64,000 nt of DNA from assembly GCF_006345805.1 (NCBI RefSeq), contig NC_043001.1:10230001-10294000 (forward strand). The letters run 5' to 3'. The position numbers and the translations under genes were made by a program. Origin of the DNA: Octopus sinensis (lineage: Eukaryota). Of the stretch, positions 40,171 to 51,228 are shown piece after piece (position 1 is the first letter of the stretch; each line of letters begins with the position of its first letter). The notes beneath the pieces were generated by a model. That model searched no databases. It had not been told where the DNA came from and worked only from the letters and a program-made list of their open reading frames with translations.

Positions 40171-42546
40171 CCTCTTTTCTTTCTTTCTAACTCGATTATA
40201 TTTTTTGGTTACTTACTTTTAGGACGTCATGATTCTAGTCTTTGTTTTCACATTTGGAACTAACTTTTTTTATTCTATCGAGAACAGAATTCTGCAATTA
40301 TGGATACTATGCAATAGTTATTGAGTTGTAGCTTATTTATAGTCTTTTTTTCTTTTTTTTTTTTGGCTCGACCAGCAAATGACGATATCATGTATAATGT
40401 CTTATGTGAAACAATGACAAATTAATCTAAACTCTATTAGATATTTTGTAATTATCGCCTTGAATTAAAGAATAAGTATTACATTTTACTCAGCAAAAGT
40501 CACATACTGTTATGTTTACTTACTGAAATACCACTCTATGTAATGGTATGTATGTATTGTTGCATTTTTTGTGTATATAGATGTATAGAACAGCATTGTC
40601 TAATGTGTTGTTTTGTAATATAAGATGGTATGGTGTCACTTGAAGAAAATTCGGCTGCTATTTATGATACGTTGAGTTATTGATAATTTTTGTGTGTGTG
40701 TATAGTTGTTTTATATACGTGTTAGGTGATGTATATCTGCTTATCTGTGTTGGCTCCAATTTGTTTCATATGGTGGTGGAACAAATATGTATGCTAGCGG
40801 AAGTATGAGCTTTATACATTTCATCAACAAAGTGGTTGTATTTCCAATTTGTCTTTTCCTATTTTAAATTGGTAGCATGTGTTTTGATGGAAATTTGGTT
40901 ATTATTCTTTGCAAGTTGAATGACCATGGAAAGTTCTTTGTCCATTGACTTAGAAGCAAACTTGCTTCTTATGTTGTTACTCATGATCAAGCAAAAGAAT
41001 AACAAGAATTTCCATTTTACTGGTAAAGTTGTGAGCTAAATACATTATTTCATTAAAATTCATAAAAAATAATTTGTGTACTATTTTTAAAAGAACAAAT
41101 TCAAAGACTGGCCCTGTCTAACATTTGAGGCTTCATTTTTCCCTATTTCCCTATTTCCCTCTGCTGTTTACCATATGCAGCAAACCTTCCTTAACCTGAA
41201 GCCACTATCAATTTATGCCTCAATGTGATGAAGTGTCTATTTCCTTTCTATTCCTGTTTGAAGTTACCTTGTTTCACATTATTTTCTCATTATTGTTAAA
41301 CTCATTTCTGTTGCCACCATAAACTTTCATAACTACTGTCTGCATTTCAGCATGCTACCTTTTGGTTCCATCTCAATTTCAATTTATCAATGTTCTCACT
41401 TCATTGTAATTACTACCCCTCTAAACGAATACTATATCCTCACACTTTCTAGTTGCCTCAAGCAATATACAGTAGACAGCTTCTGTATCATATGCAGTAG
41501 CTTCGATTGTGCTATTGCTCATTACAATGTCATTCGAACCATTTGTCACTCTGGATTATTTCATCCTATAGCTGTCTCATGTATACAAAAGTACTGTTTA
41601 TGACTTGCAATCTGGAGCTGTTACTTATGAGAAATAAGTATATTCCGGGTGCTTCTTTGCTGGTATAAATTAAGCGAAATCTGACGATGTCTATTTGGAA
41701 TGTAGCATCCATTTGTATGTAGATATATTTTTTGTTAGCAATAAAGTAAATACTTTATATTCAAAACAATTTTCTCTTTAATTAGCCTTAATCATTTTCA
41801 TTCCTTAATTTGTGAATAAATAATTTTATTTTGTGTATGTCTGTAGTGTGTGTGTATGTGTGTGTGTGTGTGTGTATTTTGAATTATTTTAATATTCATA
41901 TCTAAAATTTAAATTAAAGAGAAAAGGGCCAGAGAATATCGGTTGAATTTTATATTGTTACACACTATAGTGTTTTTCACCACTTGGTGTCCCCACCCTC
42001 TCCAATCAATTTCACTCTTATGTGATAATTGAATAAAAACATTGGAAACTAAATGGTTTATAACAGTCACTTGTTAGATTTCTCCTTTGGGGCAATTTCA
42101 GCTAAATTTTCTTATTTTCGAAATAGTTTTAGTGATAGATGCCATTCTTCTTCTTAGAACTGTATCTTATTTCAATTAGGATTTGCATTTGTTTTTTAGC
42201 TATAAATAGTCCCCTCCTCTAGCTGATATCATACTAAAGTCTTCAAATATGATTTCCTTTCTTCAAATAAAGAAATGTAAAGACAATGTGTAGAAAAGTT
42301 TTTTTTTTTTTCAATTTAATGAAGGTATGATGAAGTTTTATTAAAGGTGTGCAAAATAGTTTAAATTCCTGGAAGAAGTCATTGCTTTAGAAATTGAACT
42401 TTTGGTTATTGTGTATCATTATGATTTCCAGAACTGCCATGAAAGTTTTTTGGATAGTTATATAAAGTAGGGAACATTATTTTAATAATTGAAATTCTGA
42501 AACCTGTTTCCTATTGAACCAACTTGGTAACAAGGCATGGGAAGTT

Positions 42547-42895
42547 CATCATCAGCATCATCATCATCATTTAATGTTCATTGTCCATGCTGGCATGAGT
42601 TGGATGGTTTGACTGGGCTGGTATGTAGGAAGGCTGCGCCAGGCTCCAGTCCAATTTGACATGGTTTTCTACTACAGCTGGATGCCCTTCCTAACACCAA
42701 CCACTCCGAGAGTGTAGTGGGTGCGTTTTACATGCCACCAGCATGACTCCAGTATCATCCACGACTGTGATTTTGCTTGGCTTGATGTGTCATCTTCTCA
42801 AGCACTACATTATGCCCAAGGTTTTCGTCATTGCCTCTGTGCAGCCCAAACACTCAAAGGAACTCAACCACTTTACTTCCATGAGGCCCAACACT
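42547..42895 (-). mobile_element. Family A related element (different 5' part)
   Basis: (atc)n tail, gctggatgcccttcctaacaccaaccactcc. Confidence 0.8.
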
Positions 42896-43289
42896 CGATT
42901 ATATGTACTTCTACAGAACTCCCATTAGGGACTTATGAAGGTAGTATTGTTTTCAAAAAGTTTAGGACAGGATAATGTTGGCATCAGCTTCTGAAAAAAA
43001 ACTTTATCATGGTCCATTGGCAGCATTATTGATCTTATTGATATAATGTGCTATCTTCAAATATAATAATGTTTATGGTGTAATGTGGGTCATCATCTTT
43101 GAAATGTCCTTTTTTCCATGTTTACAATGGCTGGATGCTCTTCCTGTTTCCAAGAAAGTTAATATTTCCCCATAGCCAAACCTATTTTTCATTGGAAAAT
43201 TGGAAATGACATTACTTGCTTAACAGGGATGATCATTTGTAACTATCCTGTGATTTCAAGACAAGGAGAGGAAGCACATGCATCCATCA

Positions 43290-43829
43290 CATCAAGGCAG
43301 CTGTAGAAACATTGCCAAAACAGATCTTGGAGTTCAACATTGTTCTCTAATTTGGTGGATGTCAAACTGTCCCACCCAGCATGTAAGATATATTTCAATG
43401 ATGATGAGCTTCTGGGTATCCATCTACCAAATCCATTCACTGGGTTTTGGTCAGCCTGAGGTGTGTTTAGACGACAAATGCAAAAGGTGGTGTGCTGGAG
43501 AACTCAACTGAAACAAACTAGTCATGACACTAATTTCTTGGCACGTAAAAAGCACCATCCGAACGTGGCCTGTGCCAGTGGCATCTAAAAGCACCAACCA
43601 ATTGTGGCCATTGCCAGCCTCGCTTGGCACCTGTGCCAGTGACACGTAAAAAGCACCCACTACACTCACGGAGTGGTTGTCGTTAGGAAGGGCGTCCAGC
43701 TGTAGAAACACTGCCAGATCAGACTAAAGCCTGGTGCAGCCTCCTGGCTTCCCAGACACCGGTCGAACCGTCCAACCCATGCTAGCATGGAAAACGGACG
43801 TTAAACGGTGACGATGATGATGATGATGA
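43290..43829 (+). mobile_element. Cluster: old family A 3' end, minus-strand family B fragment, young family A copy (43539-43829, three units)
   Basis: Motif identity to other copies. Confidence 0.8.
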
Positions 43830-44123
43830 GTTTTCGTACAGTGTTCTATAATACATTTGTTGCTGTAACCTCCAGGTTACTTCTAATTGAGCCAGCTTAT
43901 GACCAGAAATACCAGTGAACTATGTATTTAACTTAAAAGGCAGTGCAGTCTGTTTGAGGTAGATTTCACTTCTATTTTCTGCAAATTCAGTAACCCAGCA
44001 GAAGCCTCTCTGTGGCTCATATACGATGCTGTAATTAAGAGAATCATTGTTCATTGTGGTAAGGGTTGATAGTATTGTTTGGATAATGCACTTTGAGCTT
44101 AACTAGTCCAAATTTATGCATCG

Positions 44124-44429
44124 TGGAGGCACATGGCCTAGTGGTTAGAGCAGTGGACATGTGGTCGAGAGATTGTAGGTTCGAATCTCAGACTGGGTGA
44201 TGTGTGTGTTTATGAGCGAAACACCTAAGCTCCATGTGGCTCCAGCAGAACATAATGGCGAACTTCTGCTGACTCTTTCGCCACAACTTTCTCTCACTCT
44301 TTCCTCCTGCATCTTGCAGCTCACCTGCGACGGACCAGCGTCCTGTCCAGGTGGGGAACCTATACACCATGGAAACTGGGAAACCGGCCCTTATGAGCCA
44401 GGCATGGCTCGAGAAGGAACAAACAACAA
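44124..44429 (+). mobile_element. tRNA-head SINE family D with V-like module
   Basis: Head tggcctagtggttagagc...ggttcgaatc; gcgacggaccagcgtcctgtccagg; TSD caaatttatgcatcg at 44109-44123 and 44430-44444. Confidence 0.9.
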
Positions 44430-45572
44430 CAAATTTATGCATCGAACTTCAGAAATTAATACATCAAAAGTATAATGATTGAGAATCTAGGAACACACAG
44501 ATGTTTATTCTGTGACATAAGCTTCACAAGCCTCGTGAGATGTTGAATTGTTTTGGTTGAAGATATATTTTCTGTTGTTTATCAATGAATAGATGATTAA
44601 ATGAAAGCACAAGGAGAGTATTTGAAAAGAAGAATCTGAAATGTCAGATGATATATATATACTGGATTTAAATCTGGTTGTTTTTCTCCATTATATTTAG
44701 TTATGCAGAAATTTTCTCTTTTACATTCATAGAAAATTTTGAATTTTGTAGATTAATTAGGCATAATTGTAAGAAAATTTAATTAGTGTGTCAATGAAAT
44801 AAATGTAAAGATTAACACAAAATTTCTCTTCTCTTCATAATTTTAAATTAAGAATATCACTATTTTGCATAATTAACGATGTTTTGTTTTAAATTTTAAG
44901 CAGTCTTCTTTAATTATTTTACTGTCTGTTTTATTGTATACCTAATGTGATCATGATCTATATCAGCAATAATTTTTTAAAATATGTTTTGATTATAAAA
45001 AAAATGTAATTATTTAAATGAATTTGTTTACTAAGCTTCAGAAGATTTTTAACCGGTTTATATTTAAAATCAATTTTGTCAGAAGTGGATTATGAGCAGT
45101 AAAACTCTCAAAAGTACAAAGGAGTTTTATTCAATTTTTTCATTGTTACAAAATAGAGATTAAGATTTATCCACTTCAAAAGTAGCACTAAATCTGTATA
45201 AAAATCACAAGTTAATCTTCTACAGAACAATAAAGAGTGTACATTGTTTTATGCTGTGTGTATGTATGTAGATATGTTTGGCTATGATTATATGATATCA
45301 AAACTATTGCAACTGTGTGTGTAATAAAACGATACATTAAAACTTCTGTAACTGTTTGGAATATTTTATTTATTTTTTTTTTGTTATCTTGAATTATTCT
45401 TTAAGTTTACTAAATTTTTGAATTGTGAAGAAGATTTGCAATCTATATCATTTATTTTGCTCAAATTTCCTTTTTGTGTTGAATATATATTATATTGCTA
45501 ACTCATTTATATTGAAATAGTATATACATTATTTACATTTGATGGATATTTGTCCTCATCTTGTTTGTTGTT

Positions 45573-45618
45573 AACACAATGTTTCGGCTGATACACTCTC
45601 CAGCGTTCATCAGGTGTC
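45573..45618 (-). ncRNA. Minimal hammerhead, left-arm copy (helix III mutated)
   Basis: Reverse complement: GACAC-CTGATGA-ACGCTG(GAGAGTGTAT)CAGCC-GAAACATT-GTGTT. Confidence 0.7.
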
Positions 45619-45754
45619 TTGGGGAAATTTTGAACCTGGGTTCTCATTCTTAAGGCATTTTTTAATGTTATTATTATTTAGGTCACTGCCTGGAAATCAA
45701 ACTCAGAATCTTGGGGTTAGTAGTCCATGCTCTTAACCACTATGCCATATGTCC

Positions 45755-45828
45755 GGGCATATGGCGTAGTGGTTAAAAGCATGGGCTACTAACCCCAAGA
45801 TTCTGAGTTTGATTTCCAGGCAGTGACC
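45755..45828 (+). promoter_or_regulatory. tRNA-derived Pol III head (A and B boxes), not a tRNA gene
   Basis: A box TGGCGTAGTGG 45762-45772; anticodon-like ggg-ctactaa-ccc; B-box-like GAGTTTGATTTCC 45805-45817; mirror copy on the minus strand. Confidence 0.75.
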
Positions 45829-45906
45829 TAAATAATAATAATTAATGATAATAATAACATTGAAAAATACCTTAGGAATGAGAACCCAGGTTTGAAATTT
45901 TCCCAA

Positions 45907-45952
45907 GACACCTGATGAAGGCTGGATGGTATATCAACCGAAACGTTGTGTT
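45907..45952 (+). ncRNA. Minimal hammerhead ribozyme (Penelope-type, loopless palindromic helix III)
   Basis: GACAC-CTGATGA-A-GGCTG(GATGGTATAT)CAACC-GAAACGTT-GTGTT; arm consensus helix II GGCTG/CAGCC; predicted cleavage after 45947 (GUU). Confidence 0.75.
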
Positions 45953-46104
45953 AACAACAAACAAAATGAGGACAAATATCCATCAAATGTAAATAATGTA
46001 CATAATTCATCATCTCTTAAATATAGAACTGAAATAGTATATTATATCTTATGGTGTTTTGTTTAAAAAATCATAATTTTGGATCAGATTTTGATTTGTC
46101 CTAA

Positions 46105-46416
46105 GTGGCAGGTAAAAAGCACCATCCGCTCATGGCCATTGCCAGCTTCGCCTGGCCCCTGTGCCGGTGGCACATAAAAAGCACCCTCCGATCGTGGCTG
46201 TTTGCCAGACTCGTCTGGTACCTGTGCCGGTGGCACGTAAAAAGCACCCACTACACTCATGGAGTGGTTGGCGTTAGGAAGGGCATCCAGCCGTAGAAAC
46301 ATTGCCAGATCAAACTGGGCCTGGTGCAGCCTTCTGGCTTCCCAGACCCCAGTTGAACCGTCCAACCCATGCTAGCATTGAAAGCGGACGCTAAACGATG
46401 ATGATGATGATGATGA
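46105..46416 (+). mobile_element. Family A element (three units)
   Basis: Repeated ggtggcacgtaaaaagcacc and (gat)n tail. Confidence 0.9.
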
Positions 46417-46668
46417 TACAGCCCTTCTATCTAACACAGAACACTTGGGAAATGGCCATGAATTTGATCAATATGCAGCAGAAAGTGTAGGTAGAAATTG
46501 CCTATGTGTACCCAATGTAAACTATGGTTGCACATGAAATACTGTGGAATTACAGGCTGACAGGGGGTTTTGTGTGTAATAGAAGCAGCAACAGCTATTC
46601 TATTACATGACTTCAGGAGGACAGTTTACAGGACATTAGGAGGACAGGTGGGTAAAAAAAAAAAATAA

Positions 46669-47043
46669 GGCGGTGAGCTGGCAGAATCGTTAGCACGCTG
46701 GGTTGAAATGCTTAGTAGCATTTCATCCGCCCCTACATTCTGAGTTCAAATTACGACGCGGTCAACTTTGCTTTTCATCCTTTCGGGCTCGATTAAATAA
46801 GTATCAGTTATGCATTGGAGTCGATATAATCGACTTAATCCATTTGTCTGTCCTTGTTTGTCCTCTCTGTGTTTAGCCCCTGGTGGGTAGTAAAGAAATA
46901 GGTATTTCCTCTGCCGTTATGTTCTGAGTTCAAATTCCACCAAGGTTGACTTTGCCTTTCATTGACTCTGTAATCGACTCAGTTCTTTGTCTGTCCTTGT
47001 TTGTCCCCTTTATGTTTAGCCCCTTGTGGGCAATAAAGAAATA
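46669..47043 (+). mobile_element. Family C SINE followed by a second 5'-truncated copy
   Basis: ggcggtgagctggcagaatcgttagc head; second unit from 46901 (ggtatttc...gttctgagttcaaattcc). Confidence 0.9.
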
Positions 47044-47099
47044 AGAAGCAGCAACAGCACATTTATTGTTCCCAGTGTTCTGAAGGCATAGAAGCCAGA

Positions 47100-47300
47100 G
47101 GAAGAATGGGATGAAAAAAAAATTAGAGAATTATTACTTCTGCTGGTAACAAAGAGATTCGTTCTCTTACTGTAGGGCAGAATGTATGACAGCTGTGTAC
47201 CAAGTGCAGTATTGCAGGGTAGTGAAACAGGACTTTGCAGTGGATGTACAAAAGCTGGAAACAAATGCAGCTAGCATGATGCTGCTGTATGCGTAATGAA
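47100..47300 (+). pseudogene. Degenerate RTE RT fragment
   Basis: RELLLLLVTK...GRMYDSCVPSAVLQGSET translation remnant. Confidence 0.7.
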
Positions 47301-47604
47301 AGTGTGAATGAATGAGAGAGAACAAATCACTTGAGAGATAAAGGCAATCGGCTGTAGTTTGCAAAAGTGGATCCTGAAATGCTGTAGGATGTTCAAGTGC
47401 TGTCCTAAATTTAGAATGTCTGAAAGCAATAAATTATTTTTTGTACAATATCTTTAAATGCAGAAAGAAAATGAACTGAAAACCCAACTTGGAACATGAC
47501 AATTGTAACCTAAGCATTCTTTCTTTGTTTTAAACTTTTCAGATGACTCGTACCATTCCTTTCAAACGATAGGATTCTCAGGACTAGCACTGCATTCACT
47601 TTAA

Positions 47605-47870
47605 AATAAAAAAAAAATAAATGCACCCTTTTTAAAGCCTAGCCAGGTTCATGGGCCTGCTTTCCCAGTTTCTATGGCGTATGTGTTCCCCAGCTGGACA
47701 GGACGCCAGTCCATCGCAACGTTACTCATTTTTGCCAGCTGAGTGGACTGGAGCAATGTGAAATGAAGTGTTTTGCTCAAGAACACAACGCGTCACCCGG
47801 TCCAGTAATCGAAACCACAATCTTACGATCATGGTGCTGACACCCTAACCATTAAGCCACGTGCCTCCAC
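47605..47870 (-). mobile_element. tRNA-head SINE with CORE-like plus V-like modules
   Basis: Minus strand: gtggaggcacgtggcttaatgg head, tgtgttcttgagcaaaacactt...actcagctggcaaaaatgagt, then gcgatggactggcgtcctgtccag; TSD gcattcactttaa at 47592-47604 and 47871-47883. Confidence 0.85.
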
Positions 47871-49865
47871 GCATTCACTTTAACATCATTAATTACATTG
47901 CTGTCTACAAGTGTTCATCAGCACTTGGCTATTTTATGCTCTGATGGAATTTTCTCGCCAACTAATACGTTCTTTCTGGCATCTTTTGAAATAAACCAGT
48001 ATTATTACCATTTAGAAAGGAAGGTGCAGTTTTAGTCCCTTCTTCAATGATATCAGCACAAGTTTGAATAAAATTTGTTGCAGCTCTTTCACCTGCAATA
48101 ACTATTTCTTTGGTCAGTTAAAGGTTATGCAAAGCCACCGTTTTCGTGAACTTTCAGATCTTTCTTTGCTTGTTAGAAATTCTGAAGATCTAAGTATTTC
48201 TGATATTCTGCATATAAACTTTATAGCCTTACCTTAAATTATAACAAAACTCACTGGAGCATTTAGCTATGTTCCTCACCAATCTATACTTTTAATGAAC
48301 TCTCCAGTTTTACTATATATATGCCTTGTGGGTTTTTAAATTCTTTTTTGCATATAATTGATGCTTTCATATTTCCTATGTTACACATTTTTTCTTTCCT
48401 GGTTTTATTATAAACTGAAGACACAGTTGATTTGCTCTTGTTTAAAGCCCTGCTTATTGAAAATTGAGATTAGCTGTTTCTGAATGGTTTATAATATCCA
48501 TCTTTAATTCTTTTGTATATTAATTTTATGTGGCTTACACTTCTTTAAGCTAGTACACTTCTTTGCATTAGTATTATCATTTTTACATTTTATGCTCATT
48601 TTTCTTTAGGTAATAGGTCTCATATACTTAAAGGCCTTCAAATGCTGCTTTTGTATAATAGTACTGTATAATAGCACTGTGTAATAATGTGCAATAATGT
48701 TCTTTTACAAACATAAATGACTGGAAAATCATATATGGGAATATTATATACTCCGTTAGATTTCAATCTACAGAAATAACATTCTGCACACGCTGATGAT
48801 TTTCTCTTTATTAAATGAATAATTTTATTATACCCTATTTTTTTATGTATTATTTACAGCAGTGTTCCATTAAAAATTAAGTGATATTGAAGAATTTCTA
48901 GGTGCAATGAAGTTCAATAATAGATGATCAGATGTCCAAATTAGGACATTAGTTTATCTGGTTTCAAAGGTGGGAGAGTACAAAAGTCAAACAGATGCAG
49001 TGTGTGTGTGTGTGCTGTAGTCCTGTTCATAGTCACTAGAAATAGCTGTTTTCAATCTGGTATACTTTATGTAGTCATTTTCTCCTGTCACTCGTTCTTC
49101 AAAAATGATGCTCTTTTTCTTCCTTGTTTGACGCAGACCCTTTCTATTTTGGGTTCATATTACCTTAAATATGTCTCTATGGCATGACATTGTATTTGAA
49201 CGATAAATAAAAGAGAAAAATCTTTTTATGTAACCTTTGTGTTTCATATGGTTAATCTTCTCTGAAAGTAACATGAAGAATTGTATTTTCCTGACTTTTT
49301 CTTTCATTTTATTACTGTATGCCATTCCTAACAAAAATCTGATTTACATTTGAGATGTTCAAAGGATATCTCTGCTGAGTTTGTGTAATATATTTCATAT
49401 ATCAATTTTCCGATATCCACTCGATGAGATTTCATGTTAGGAAGTGGCTTTAAAGTGTCACCGAAAGTATTGAAATAATATTTAAAATTCAAACAATAAT
49501 AATATTATATTGGAAAAGTAGTAATGATAATAATTATCATCAAATGAAAGCTATTTCCAGTAGACTATCTCTTAAGTAAGTAAATCCTGTTTGTTGTAAG
49601 ATACTGAATTTCTCAAGTGTTACTACAGATATGTAGTCACAAAACTGTCATCTCATTGTTAAGATAAATTTCACACTTAATGTCATAACACTTTCTCTGG
49701 TTTCATACACTTGTAACTAAAATACTGCTTGTTATTAGCAAGAAAATGTCTGTAGTTTCAGTCAACAACCAGTGAAAGTGCTCAACTAATTCTCTTAAAT
49801 TTTTCTGTATCCTTCCTTATGATTTCTATTTATTTATTTATTGAATCAGCATGTATTAAATTATG

Positions 49866-49892
49866 GTTTTTTTTCTTTCTGTTTCAGGTAAG
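49866..49892 (+). other. Candidate recursive (zero-length exon) splice site
   Basis: ttttttttctttctgtttCAG|GTAAG: strong acceptor directly fused to a consensus donor. Confidence 0.5.
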
Positions 49893-50854
49893 CCTGCAAT
49901 ATTTCCTCCCATCCTTGAAATACAATTGTAATGAGGTATGTTGATTGAGACAGTTTAAATGTGCTATTGTTTTCTTCACAGGTTTCCTTTATAGACTTCG
50001 AAACTTTTGCCTTTAATTTTTTTCTTTCAAAGTGAATTTTTAGCATTGTGTGCAGAATTGTTCTAACATAATGAAAAGTGAACAAATCAACTATCTTCGT
50101 GCTAACCAATTCCATTCTTTCCTTGAATAAAGATCAACACACTATTGTTTCAGTAATGAATGATATAGAATTACCATTATTAGAATCTTTTAATCTCTCA
50201 CTTGTTTAGTGCAGCAGCTATAGCAACAATATTAGCTGCAATAACATCCATTGTTATTTTGCTTCCCTCCTTAAGCACATATACTTTAGTGATTAATATA
50301 CATTTTAGTTCATTTTCACTAAGATTTATGTTGTATTTATGTTTCATATACTCAGGAATATTTAAACATTTTTAAAAATTTCTTTTCTCTCAAGGAGTAT
50401 ATATTTAGAGTGAGTCTCTCTGAATACATAAGGTAATCCAGGCAATTGAAAAATATCAACATCTTAGAAAGTAGAAGTGCTATTATAATTGAGAAATAAA
50501 CAATTAGTTAAGTTTCTGCTTGTAGTTAACTTTTCATAGACGATAAATTCATATTTAGAATGTGTAATTAAGGAATTACACTCAAATTGGATAGCATTGA
50601 AATATTTAATTAATTCTGATTGATTTAAATACTTTTAAATCAATTCAATAGTTGTGCCACCCCAAATGTTATGAGCGAAGGCACTTCTAAAGGAATATAA
50701 GATAGTTTGTTACACATTTGTCTTAATACTTCTGTATGAATTTCATCTTAGAGTCAGAAATATGATGCAAACCTCTGTGAAGTTTTCTTTCACTAGAATT
50801 GGGTTATAAGTGGAAAAGTAAACAAGAAAAAATGTGGTTTATTATAATCATGGC

Positions 50855-51228
50855 GGTCCATCGGTTATGATGACGAGGGTTCCAGCTGATCCGATCAACG
50901 GAACAGCCTGCTCGTGAAATTAACATGCAAGTGGTTGAGCACTCCACAGGCATGTGTACCCTTAACATAGTTCTCAGGGAGATTCAGCCTGACACAAAGT
51001 GTGACAAGGCTGGTCCTTTGAAATACAGGTGCAATAGAAACAGGATGAAAAAGGAGAGAAAGTTGTGGTGAAAGAGTACAACAAGGTTCGCCACCAATCC
51101 CTGCCAGAGCCTCATGGAACTTTAGGTGTTTTCGCTCAATAAACACAACACCTGATCTGGGAATGTAAACTGCAATCTTATGACCACAGGTCTACCTGCC
51201 CTAACCACTGGGCTATTGTGCCTCCACA
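50855..51228 (-). mobile_element. tRNA-head SINE family D, tail type X
   Basis: Reverse complement is colinear with 38046-38427. Confidence 0.9.

Larger units (their letters stand above)
45525..46029. mobile_element. Head-to-head palindromic tRNA-head plus hammerhead element with tail and 13-bp TSD
   Basis: Arms 45525-45754 and 45755-46000 are inverted with no spacer; tail 46001-46029; TSD tgaaatagtatat at 45513-45525 and 46030-46042. Confidence 0.9.

Noticed and set aside
41100-41600. Possible RTE endonuclease remnant on the minus strand
   Set aside because: One or two short motifs only (HKLIVA-like); insufficient.
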